From the NCBI GenBank assembly GCA_000934665.2, contig JYFJ02003327.1, positions 1 to 43,852 of the forward strand: a stretch of 43,852 bases of DNA, in the 5' to 3' direction. Position numbers and translations under genes: made by a program. Positions within the stretch are counted from its first letter, which is position 1. Each line of letters opens with the position of its first letter. The DNA comes from Catajapyx aquilonaris. Its lineage: Eukaryota. Below the pieces are notes generated by a model. The model was not told the origin of the DNA. It searched no databases and saw only the letters and a program-made list of their open reading frames with translations. Of this stretch, positions 25,746 through 37,327 are shown piece by piece.

Positions 25746-26007
25746 ATAATAATGGATACCCCGTGCTAGGCCTCCTTGGGCCTCTTAGGCGATCATCTTT
25801 TATTTAACCGACTTTAATCATTGCCTGCGCTGTGATGGATTTTGATAGCGGGAGGATACGGGAGAACCCCGAGAAATCCCACGCGAACACAGAGAGAACC
25901 CATCGAAACTCTATTCACATAAGTATCCTCCGTCCGACCCGGGGATCGAACTCTGGACCTTAGAGGTGGAAGGCTGCGGCACTAACCACTCCGCCACCAT
26001 GTCGCCC
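25746..26007 (-). mobile_element. tRNA-derived SINE family B (V-domain-like)
   Basis: Head GGGGCGACATGGTGGCGGAGTGG...GAGTTCGATCCCC; central GTTCTCTCTGTGTTCGCGTGGGATTTCTCGGGGTTCTCCCG; 17-bp TSD ctgtattttaggtatta. Confidence 0.82.
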
Positions 26008-26071
26008 CTGTATTTTAGGTATTAGGTATCACACTTGTAAAATTTGTTTGTGTGCATAAAAACAGACATTG

Positions 26072-26955
26072 CTGTGTGTGTGTGTTCTTGTCTTCAATAA
26101 GGTGTGGGGACGTAGGTCAGGGTTTCTACTGAAGCTGTGGGGACTTCGTCCCCACAGTCCGCATTGTGGGGACATTTCTCGGTCCCTACAGTGTTTCTCA
26201 CACAATGTGTACTATTAGAGTGGGGACATGTGTAAATTAGTGGGGACATGTCCCCACTATTTTCAGTTGTAGGGTTTCCCAAAAGTCCATTTTTCTCAGC
26301 CTACGTAAGTTAGGGTAGGGTAGGTTAGGTTAGGTCAGTTTACACAAGCTTCCAAAAGTAGAATTTTCACGTCTCCACGCCTTAGTGAAGACAGGTCTGT
26401 GTGTGTGGGTGTGTGTGTGTGGGCGCGTATTGCTATCCTTGTGAGGTATTTTTTTACGCGTTTTTCCTATCCTTGTGAGGAATTTTGTCATTACGAGGTA
26501 GTTTTCCTGTACCTCATAGTGAACACACGCCTCACAAGGATAGGGAAAAATCGAAAAAATTCCTCATAAAGACAGTAAAAATATATTTCACCAAAATTTC
26601 GCGTGTTTCCTTGTAGGTTAGGTTAGTTTTAAATTTTAAATTTTGGAAAAACCTCACAAGGATAGGAATGCGGCCCTGTGTGGGTGTGTGGACGTGCATT
26701 GCTACCTTGTGAGGAATTTTTTTCGCGTTTTTCCTATCCTTGTGAGGAATTTTGTCATTACGAGGAAGTTTGTTTTCCTGTACCTCATAGTGAACACTCG
26801 CCTCACAAGGATAGGGAAAAATCGACAAATACCTCATAAAGACAGTAAAAATATATTTCACCAAAATTTTGTGTTTTTTGTAGGTTAGGTTAGTTTTAAA
26901 TTTTGGAAAAACCTCACAAGGATAGGAATGCGCGCCTGGGTGGGTGTGTGTGTGA
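26072..26955. repeat. Composite repeat with internal direct and inverted motifs, possibly Helitron/Helentron-derived
   Basis: (GT)n tracts, repeated gtggggac, taggttaggttag tracts, two about 260-bp units built from tatccttgtgagg / cctcacaaggata. Confidence 0.6.
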
Positions 26956-27296
26956 TTGAGACATTACTATAGTCTTGTTTAAGGGACTCCACTGGAAAAA
27001 AAAACTGCCTATTGCAAAGTTCTTAGCCTGTGCTGTCTCCTGCATGTGATGGAGCTTCTTGCAGGCCTACTAGGCAGTTTTTTCCAGTAGTGTCCCAGTT
27101 TCAGGAGCTAAGGAATTAAGAATTCTGCAATGCTAACCCAAGTACTACTGGAATCAGAATTGCCTAATTCTCACTCTTTGGAGACTATGGGAGACCATAG
27201 GCATAGGTCATGGCTGGAAAACTATTCAAAATTGCCTTCTGATAGCTAGTTTTCATTCTTAATTTCTTGATGTTAACCTGAAATATATGCTTCTAG

Positions 27297-27437
27297 GGTC
27301 ACAGTCATTACGAAGAGGAGGCACTTGAAGTCCGACAGAAGGACATAGACCTGGTGATGGCGGAAGCCCAAGTCAGCCAAGATAAGGCTGTAGAAGCATT
27401 GCTAAAGAATAACTGTGACAGTTTTGATGCCATCTCG
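27297..27437 (+). CDS. NACA-like paralog, coding exon 2 (divergent UBA: GHSHYEEEALEVRQKDIDLVMAEAQVSQDKAVEALLKNNCDSFDAIS)
   Basis: ttctag|GGT...TCG|gtgagt, 141 nt, phase 0, no stop; 17/36 aa identical to the NACA UBA; flanking intron sequence homologous to that of exon 9293-9457. Confidence 0.82.
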
Positions 27438-28411
27438 GTGAGTAAATTTGCCCACAGTTGCTTAGGCAACTTCTTTCCAAGGAAAATGCGACATTTCAAC
27501 TTTACTTACCCTTGGTTGTTGGCTTGTTCTTGACATGGCAGTAGGCCAGTGTAAGGCCCTTTGTGATTTGAGCATTGGTTGCACAACTGACTTTTCTGTC
27601 AACACACAAGAATCGCACCATGGGGTTACACCATTCCGACTAGAATCATGTGACGTGTGATATCACACAGCCATCAGCATGAGTGCGAGTCCCGATAGGT
27701 CTGCTTCTCTGGCCGTGCTCCTGTGCAAGCTCCTTCTGAGTTGCAGCCTTCTTGGGGAGAAGAACAGGGGCAGGCTCTACCTATACCAGGACGCTGATTG
27801 GTTCTGATAAATAAGGATCAGTGGGAAGGCTGTCGTGCAAAACTTGGTCTCAGCTGTGGGCGCCTTGGGACTAGCTCTTGGAGTGGAGAAGGAGTGTAAG
27901 GCTCTGATTGGTTATATATTATGATTGAGACGGAACAGGGGAAAGGCATTAGAAGCAAGAGCCTGATCGCAGCCAACCAAAACCATCTCAAACAGAAATG
28001 GTTGCCTGTCTAGTAGTTTCTGATAAGACCTGTGGCAACCCCTTTTCGTCAGTCAGTAAGCATCTGGTCAAACTACCACGGCTCAAATAGCGAGGCATGA
28101 ACAGGCCTTTAGGGACTTGCATTGTCCTAATCACAAGACTGTTATAAATACAGTATGAATTGTATTACAAGTGTTATTTGAATAGTGCTTGAAATTAGGA
28201 CAAGTTCATATGGTTTAGGGTTTTGTTACGTGGGGCTGATTCTTGTACTTTGCAAAGGCTTGTTTTAATGCTGTTTCAATAGATCCCCGATTGTAATCAG
28301 GGTTCTACTGTAATTATTTCAGCAGCTGAAAGTAGGCATATTGTTGAGAAAACCCCGCTCAAGGCTTCTTCATGTCAGTTAACTAGCTGCTGACATGTAA
28401 GTAGGTTCCAG

Positions 28412-29492
28412 CAGGGCCGGCCCTAGGTCAGTGCAGGGCCTAGGGCAAGAACTAAATGCGGGGCCTATTGTCAGTGAGTGAATTTATGACCAACACGAAT
28501 TGCATATCCAACAATTTTGTTGGCTGACTTTCTCTAATAACATAAAGTCTCGCTCATAAAGAATGGTACGACTCTACGATGTGTTTATTCTGATTATCCA
28601 GCATTATTCCCAACCTGATTTCGTCGCGACACTATGGACAACTTGTCCTAGATCTCTGGCGACCCATATGACCCCCTCCCGACTTTTTCCGAAATTTTTG
28701 TTCAACCTGGTACAATGCTTACATAGATTTGAGATGAATTTCCCCCCTTAAATTTTCTTACTTTGCCTTGTTTTTTTTTCTTCTCTTTTTTTCTTGATTT
28801 TAATTGCCTTTTCCCAGCCTTCCTCATGACCCCTAAAAACATGCTGGTGACCCAGGGGTTGGGAACAGAATAGCCTAAGCAGATTGTCCACAGAGTCGTA
28901 CCATTCTTTATGAGCAGTAGGCCTACTGTACAACTGAGGTGCGTAAGCAGAAAATTTTCGTGTGCATATGTGCATATGAAGTAGAGGGCGGAAAGCGAAA
29001 GCCCACTGCAGGCGAGAATTTTTTGGGGGTTCAAGGTTACACGAGCTTAGTTGAATGTGGTAGAGTTGAATGGGTGTGTATTGATGAAATTGGTAGCACT
29101 TTTTTCAAAAAAAACATGAATTAGTAATGAATAATTGGGATTTTTGGAAGCGCGGGGCCTGGCAGTGATTAGGGAGGGAGACCCCACTGCGAGGGAGAAG
29201 CAAGTGCCTCGCTGCACTTATCGAAGGCGAAGGCTCGCAAATGTTGTTATCAGATAACATAGTTTAGGTTGGGGAGTCCTTTTTACCAGACGTGTTCGTT
29301 TCAAGAATCTGGCATATGATGCAGGAAGGATTTGTAATTTTTTTATTTTTAAATTTTTTAGCAAGACAATGAAAGAATGACAATATATGCGAGGATTTCT
29401 CAGTTTTGTACAATTCCGTAAGTTACCCGTTGTCTTCCCAAGCGCGATTCCTGCGGCAGGGGCCCTTTGTGCCCCCCCCCGAGCCGGCTCTG
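28412..29492. mobile_element. hAT-type non-autonomous element
   Basis: TIR cagggccggc / gccggctctg; TSD ggttccag / ggttctag; empty site ggttacag in NACA at 14982-14989; interior resembles about 10600-10950. Confidence 0.8.
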
Positions 29493-29623
29493 GGTTCTAG
29501 GTGGAAACACCTTGGCAGTATTTCATTGTTTTGGTACTTTTCCTTCCCTCCGGTATTTTCAACTATCGTAATACCAATGATGTGCAGATGATTTGCGACT
29601 GAGCTATGCATTCTTCTCTACAG

Positions 29624-29638
29624 GAACTGACCATGTGA
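29624..29638 (+). CDS. NACA-like paralog, last coding exon (ELTM-stop)
   Basis: ttcttctctacag|GAA CTG ACC ATG TGA, followed by about 1.4 kb nearly identical to the NACA 3' region. Confidence 0.82.
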   Translation, partial: ELTM

Positions 29639-31382
29639 AGATTGCTGGCAGGATGTTCTGAAAGTTCCAACAACTTGCGTCAGTTAATTTTCAGGAGGTT
29701 CTTGGTAATTGCTATCGACTAAATTTTAAGTAATGATATTGCGGTTTTGCCACATTTTCTCTCATTGACGATCGTGAACAGCATCGTGAAGATTTTTACG
29801 ACTGTGTATTTTCTAATTGGAGGCTAGGGATGGCTGGATTGAAGTTTTATAATTTTTCAAGATGCAGAGAGGCATCTGTGGAGGTATTACATACAATGGG
29901 TGTTAGTTTCATATCACTTATTTAGTTTTGAAAGGCATGCCATTTCTCATTGATGTGGTTATTAGCTGGCACACTTTCAATGAGGAATGACAGATGGAGA
30001 CAATGGGCATATCAAGTCAGAAATGTGCAATCCATTGAAAAGAAAATTATTCAAAACAAGTACAGTGTCTGTTTTACTTGGTACTCCATAGATGCCTCCT
30101 CCATGTCATTAAAAAGAGGCCTCCTAAACCTGCAAACCAAGGAACCCCCAGCCTGTAGCATCATTACTTTATCCTGACCATTTATTTTAGGCCCACATGT
30201 AACTATGTTGTTGTGTCTAGAGATGAATCCCATACAATGCAAGAAGGTACTCTTGTAGGATTGTAATGAGATAGTGAAATGATAACGATTCAATGGCTGC
30301 TGTTAAAAATTGGCTGTTTTCTGAACTATTTTCATTCGATAAGTATGAGAGAAATTGTGGCAATGCAAGCAGCTGCTGTACATCTTGGTGTGATGCAAAC
30401 TATTCTGTGAAGGAAGTGGCAAACATGCATCCATACACGAACTTTAAAGCAACATACTTTGGATTATTATTTTTTGTCATGGTGTGTATGATGGCTGAGT
30501 CATTAATTTGCATTAATAAATAGCAATGTGGAATATTCATGCCCCCTGTTGAAGCAAGCTGTGAAATAGGATATGACACTTAACTAATTAAGTTGTGAAA
30601 TTACTGAATCAAGCCAAGTTAAATCATATCCTGGCAAGAAGTACCAGGAAAGGTTTTGTACACTTTCAGCTTAATACATAGCTGAGATCCACTTGTGCAC
30701 CTTGTTCATTTTCTTTTAAACCAGTTTTTCTCCCAAATGCCTCAAAAGCTGCTGGCAAATCCATGTGTCTTCCCAAGTCAGTATTTTGTAGCAAGACCTG
30801 TATACTGATTGAGGCCGGCCGCACTCAAGACTCGTGAATGACATCAAAGAGGCATCTCTTGTTCGCCTCCTCCTGCCTGGGATTGGTTGGTTGGGGAGGC
30901 TACTTCTCACATGATTGACACTGCCCCTGGATACTGGTGAGCAGGCTATAGTTGGTTGAATTTGCGTGGTAATACCATCCACTCAAATCTTGTGCTCATC
31001 AGCTGAAGAGCTGTTGAGTGGCCTCAGGTGGTGAGCAGAGATACATTTAGGTCAAGTCAGGTAGCTGATAAGTGCTTTGCAGGTGGGTTCCACTCTGCTT
31101 TGTGTGTCTGTGTCATGGCATAATCCACGTTTTCCCCGCACCCCTATTTGGTTGTGCCCCTGTGAGGGGATGTAAAACTCAGTTACTGAGGTAGGTTCGT
31201 TAATGTTAGGCCTGCACACATTTGCAACATTTCTGTCTACCCTCTACACCCAGTCACAGGTTCCAATAAAAGGGCAATGAGCCGCCCTCCGTAGGACCAC
31301 AGACAGCTCCACACTCACACACCAAATGGATTTATTATGAGAGAAGAAGAAATGTACACCAAATGTCTTATTGAGAAATATT

Positions 31383-31727
31383 GGGGAGGTGTGGTGGCCG
31401 TGATGGTAACGTCAAGGCTTGCTGAGTGAAAGGCCCCAGGTTCGATCCCCGCCTGGGGAACTTTCCTTTCACCTGCATCACCTGCACCAAGGAGGTGTCT
31501 GGCAACCTAACCTCCTGGGGAACAGCACATGACCCATTAGCAATGGACACTGCATCTTGAACTCATGTTCCCTCTCCAAAAATCCATTTCCTTGCCCACT
31601 CTCCTTGTTTCCTTGCACCTGTGGTTGAAGCAAAAATATACAGAAAACTGATGGTGGTATGCCACCCCCCTATAGCTCCCATAGAGGGACATCACGGGGT
31701 AATAAAAATAAGAAATAAAAATAAAAA
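31383..31727 (+). mobile_element. tRNA-derived SINE family A
   Basis: A/B-box head, A-rich tail, 14-bp TSD tattgagaaatatt. Confidence 0.88.
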
Positions 31728-32514
31728 TATTGAGAAATATTTGATACTAACTTCATGAAATGTAAAATTAACATAACCTATAGGGTGTGTCAAGTGCAAC
31801 ATTTTTTTTGTAATACAGATGTAAAAAGAAAAGAACTGCAGTAATAATTCTGTATTTCCTTCATCGAGTACCAAATCAGTGGATGAGTTACTGTCCTATT
31901 GTACAAACACTGTCATTTGAGGCGTGATATGGAAGATGTACAGTACCTAAGTGCCATAAACAGAGGGGTTGAGGAGAAGGTTTTTTAAAAATTGACTGGA
32001 ACTGAGAACTCCCTGCAAATGAGATAATGAGTTGCATTTTTGACGAAACTATTGTCAGCGGGTGTAGAATAATAAGGATCTTGGACAGAGACATACTAAG
32101 GACGAACTTGATTTTTCCAAATGGCACTTAGGTGCATCTTCCGTATCACGATTCATTTATATTCATTTTTATTTAGTGATGTGTGACTTGTCATGGTTCT
32201 AACAGACTCAGGTAATATTTTTAAAGTGATACCACTGCAGGAAGTTGACCATGGTGACGTGTGTGCATATGTGGAATAATATTGCCTGCCCGCCTGGCAT
32301 GAGCTTAGTCAACCATCCCCTAAGGCCATCTCTTCTCCAGCACTCTTGGCTCTTGGGAGAGATTAAGGAGGCTATAATTTAGGCCACTGATCTCTAGAGA
32401 TTAGTGATTTGGGCGTCTGCCAGCTGGTGGTGCTGGCACTTGCAATCCACCATTGGCTGTCCTTTGTCATACCCATGGTCATTGAAAGACAGGTCTGGAC
32501 ACTCCCACCTACCC

Positions 32515-32803
32515 CCTGCCGGGGCGTTTTGCAGGAGGTGCTCACTTGAAAGCGCCATGAGACATTTCAGTCTCCGGATAAGTGGCGACCCTACCGGACT
32601 AGGCTGAACTTTATAGGTACAAAAGGGAAGCGCTACATGCGGGCCCAAAATGGCCGCCGGCGCCCATGTTGGGTCCCCCAATGTAGCGATTCCCTTTTGT
32701 ACCTATAAAGTTCAGCCTAATCCGGTAGAGTCGCCACTTATCCGGAGAGTGAAATGTCTGATGGCGCTCTCAGGTGAGCACCCCCTGCAAAATGCCTCGG
32801 CAG
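32515..32803. mobile_element. Palindromic MITE
   Basis: About 125-bp inverted arms around a short GC-rich spacer; second copy at the window start. Confidence 0.8.
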
Positions 32804-34128
32804 GTGATAACATCAGAATGTAGTATAAGTGTCCGGGGGCTGGTCATACCCCAGCTATTGAAATCACGGCTTAATACCACCAGGACCCTTGAGCGCCTGG
32901 CCACTCCCCGTCACTCAAGAGGTCATTTATGACTCTTGAGCCATATATCCTCTAACAGTATAAGGGTCCAAGTGCATATAATTAGTTTTCCCAGATTAAG
33001 ACTGCAAGAGATTTCATGGATATTTTGAAGTCCAGATGCCTGTCACAAATAAAAGCTGCTGATATATGCCATACCCAGGTTGACAAAAAAACAAAAACAT
33101 CTAATCCCACCAGGCACTGCAGTAAAATACACTCCTCGCGCTGGAGTGTGAAGCACGTGCTGCAAAGAGCTCCCCGTGTGATTGTTAAATCTGCGCACTG
33201 AGTGAAATGGGGGCCACTAGGGAAGACATACGGCAGTTGCTAACGGAGATGGAAGCCAGGATGGAGGCCAAAATGAAGTCCGTAAATGAAGGCTTGGCTG
33301 CCCAAATCAAGGAGGACCTGATAAAGGAACTACACAAGACCATGCAAGTTCAGGCTGACGTGATAAACGCCAAGATAGACGATTTGGCAAGTAACCTGCA
33401 ACAGACGAGAGACAAGGTGAGCCAGTTGGAGGCCATGATCATTGGCATGGAGGATAGGGAAAGAAGAAAAAATGTTGTGGTTTTTGGTCTGATGCCGGAT
33501 GAAAAAACCAGTTGGCAGGAGTGCGAAGATATGACCTTGAGGACTCTAGCTCGATACTGAGTGGTTGATCGTGGCTACAGGATGTCTGTGGAGAGATGCC
33601 ATAGAATCGGCCCATATAGAGCAGGTGGTGTGACGTGTGAGGCCGGTGATTATGCGATGCACCTATGATAAAGACCGGGAGGATACCCTGGCTAACAGGT
33701 ATAAACTGAAAAGTATGAAAAGAATATATTTTTTTGGACACATGTGGAAATTTCCCAGGAAGCAGCTGCAAAGACTAGGGAATTTGGTCGAGCTTGCGGT
33801 GAAAAAAAATGGGAACCAAAATTAAGTGTACAATATATTGTTCAAATTTAATTGCTGTCTAGATCAACAAGTTATTACCGACTAGATTAGTTGTGCTGAT
33901 ATATTTACCCCCAGATAAGAGGTCAGCAAAAATTGGATGTTTGAACGGTGCTTTTGAGTAAGTGGATAGAATAGATGAAGGCTACCAGATATGTATACTG
34001 GGTGAGTGGGTGACTTCAATGCACGAATAGGGAGGGTGGATTACGCCCCTCCAAAGGGTATTATGGAAGGAGACTGGGAAGAACAGGCTAGAAAAGTTAG
34101 TGTGATGAAGTAATAAACCCACTTGGCA

Positions 34129-36270
34129 GGGGAGGCATGGTGGTCTAGCGGCTACGCCGCTGGCCAGCCAAGCGGGAGGCCGGGGTTCAAATCCCGTCCC
34201 CGTCACCTCTGCTTGGCCGGGTCTTTTCCGCTTTTCACCCGACATGCCTGGGCAGAATTGCACTCCCTACTCTGCCCGGGGCCCGGAGAAAAGGTCTGGT
34301 GGTTACAGTTTATATCATACAGAGCCCCCCTCTTGGGAACCTCCTTTCCCCCCTTAAGGCCGATTGTAACCCCTTTGGTATGGTCAAACTCTGCCACGAG
34401 GTGGCAGTAGTTTTGGCCTATCTTATAACATGGTGTGCGGAAGCATTTTTTCCCGCCTTTTTCTCCTTTATAACACAACCTAGAGACATGGAATCTTCGC
34501 GCGCAGAACGTCAACGTTTCACAAAATTGTTTGGTAAACCCAGATATTTTTTAAGTGTCTTGGTTTTTTATTTGACGCCTATATGAAAATTGGACTATTT
34601 TCGGATAAACTCGACAAATTGTCCTTTCCCACACTCAAGAAGGTATATGGTTGTGGGGAGGGGTAGAGGGGATGGGGTCAGAGAAGGGGGATAAGGGCCG
34701 GGGATAAGGAGTTTTGTAGGTTGTAAATGTAATGAGGAGGGTGTCCCAAAACCACCCTACCCTCCTCATTACATTTACAACCTACAACCCCGCATCCCGA
34801 AATGTTGGGGTCATTCGTTCCAACTCAAGTGAGCCGAAATGTTTCTGGGCCTGCAGGATTTTGGTGATGGGGAAAAATCACATGAGTACAAACTTCAGGC
34901 ATAACCCGAAATATCAAGTTTCAGTCAAATTATTGCGCAAAACCGTGTGGAGGGAGGAGGGGCACCCAAAATTTTGGAAGGGGCTGAAAATGAACTATTT
35001 TTAGCGCATTTTTCGAGTTAGTGGTTCCAAGTAGTCAAAACCCATACAACATCATGATCAAAAGAAAGAGAAAGACGAGGAGAATGAAACTTGTAATAGG
35101 TTTTTCTCATAAATGTAACCATGATGTGTGTGGCATTCCATCGGTCATGTGTCCAATTACGCGTATGGTGCTCCCAAAAATTCGCCAAAAAGGGCTTATT
35201 TTCAGCCCGTTACAAAATTTCGGGAGAACCCCTCCCAACGGTATAGAACAATATGGCTGAAACATAATATCAGCTTTTTATGGCATAGGTGTGCACTTCT
35301 GTGATTTTTTTTCAGCAAAATCCGACATGGTTCAGTCAGGGTAGGGTGGTGGAAAAGGGTCTGAGGCGGGGAAATGGATGCCTGGACTCTGGAGGGATCT
35401 GGGTAGGGGATGAGGTGAGATGGGGACAGAATAGACTGGTTTTCTTTCGCCGTATTCGCCCCTGCCCCCGCCTAATCTGTCAGAAAAGGTTCCAATTGTC
35501 CATCGTCCATCGAGTCATGCATTTCAAACACTAAAATACATACAACTTTGAAATTAATAAATCACGGCACCAATCGAATGCAGCTCATCCTGCGGCCGAA
35601 AAACCGTGGATTTCTGACGTTTACATGGCCTAGCAGAGATTTACGGCAATAACGGTTGTCACTGCCTGTCGTCAAAATCTCACTTTAGTACATATTGGAT
35701 TTTTTTGTTTTTTTACGAAACGCCCGGCCCACTGGCAGGGGAATTGTGAGGAGAGGTGCAAGGTGCAAGTGCAAAGGTCGTTTTGTGAGTCCCCCGGCCG
35801 CGGTTATTCTCAAGAAATCCCACTAAAAAGGGGTGAGGCTCGATGGCAGGTGGGGGAGGGGGTTGTAAATGATACAAGGGGTCTCCAAAGAAAACAGGTC
35901 CTTCCCCCCTTCTCTGGCCCTTCCATTTTATTAAATACGCCCGATTTCACGCCGCAACCTGACCTAGGTTCTGAATGGAAATATGTTGGGCTGCTCGGAA
36001 ATCAGTCCAGTTTTCATATAGGCGTCAAATAAAAAACCAAGACACTTAAAAAATATCTGGGTTTACCAGACAATTTTGTGAAACGTTGACGTTCGGTGCG
36101 CGAAGATTCCATGTCTCTAGGTTGTGTTATAAAGGAGAAAAAGGCGGGGGAAAAATGCTTCCGCACACCATGTTATAAGATAGGCCAAAACTACTGCCAC
36201 CTCGTGGCAGAGTTTGACCCTACCAAAGGGGTTACAATCGGCCTTAGGTCAGCATAGGGGTAATTAAATT

Positions 36271-36330
<60 letters not shown>
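34129..36330 (+). mobile_element. tRNA-derived SINE family C with (TAA)n tail, split by a DNA element
   Basis: Head ggggaggcatggtggtctagcgg...ggttcaaatccc; tail (TAA)n 36272-36330; TSD aaacccacttgg / aaacccacgtgg. Confidence 0.75.
34358..36243. mobile_element. Non-autonomous DNA transposon with about 240-bp TIRs (Kolobok- or Harbinger-like)
   Basis: ttaa|ggccgattgtaacccctttggta ... taccaaaggggttacaatcggcc|ttag; TIRs nearly identical. Confidence 0.85.
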
Positions 36331-36334
<4 letters not shown>

Positions 36335-37327
36335 CCCACGTGGTATAAAATTACTTGATGTAATAGAACAACAATCCCTTCAGGTGTTGAATGGAACAAC
36401 CAAGGGTGATGAGTTGGGAAGCTATACTTTTTGTGGGGTTCAAGGCCAGTCGACAATAGATTATGCAATCGTTACCCAACTGTTGTGGGGACGTGTAGTT
36501 GACTTTAAAGTTGGAGATTTGATGGGGTCTGACCATTTCCCGATTACCATCTCCTTGGTTGTGGCAAGACTGGATGACGAAAAGAAACTGGAAACCCAAA
36601 AAATTTCGCATATAAAAATTCCCCCAGGTGGTAAGTTATTTGGCACAATTATTGGATGAGGAATTGGCGGGTAGGGAAGAGGCACAGGACGTGCATGAGT
36701 TGGCCCAGATGCTCTGCTCTACTCTCTATACCCTTTGGCTGGGAAATGAGAAAATTTTCCGTACTTGCCAGCATGAACTTCGACTTAGGGAGACTGAAAA
36801 TACATTGATATCCCATCGTAAGGCCCTGCCTGCACTTCGAGTTAGGGAAGTTTATTTCCTATTATTTTACATTGTGACCAACCAAGCTCATCATTTTCTT
36901 CCACTTACAGAGAACTTCGACTTAGGGAAGTTCGACTTATAGAAGTTTTACTGTAATTTTATTAATTACAGGCAAAAATATTCAGATCAAAATGCTACTG
37001 TTGGAAAAAGGTCATATATTTATTTCTAATAAGGAAAGGATTTTTAGGTTCTTAAAAAACACTCAAATAGGTATAGGCATTTAGGCCCTGAAAACAGTCA
37101 AAATTAAGGCTCGTAATAGACAGTAAATATCAAGGAGGTCCTAATTTATTTTCATTCTATATTACAGCCTATACGATTGGCCACAGAATTTTGCAGCACA
37201 GTATAACAAACTAGCCGTTGGTTCATATTTTCGTTGATTAATCGCAGTTTTTCTGCGACGTCTGTCTAACATTACATTTCTACATGCTGAAAATGACCTT
37301 TTCGTCACACAAAGCAACTGGATCATA

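Larger units (their letters stand above)
33207..36720 (+). mobile_element. LINE relic: ORF1 plus AP-endonuclease part of ORF2, interrupted by nested inserts
   Basis: ORF1-like coiled coil then RRKNVVVFGL, HRIG, RPVIM with stop/frameshift; APE motifs GDFNARIG (about 34009-34032), INPRGIKLL, STIDYAIV and GSDHFPI (36384-36560). No reverse transcriptase seen. Confidence 0.85.
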
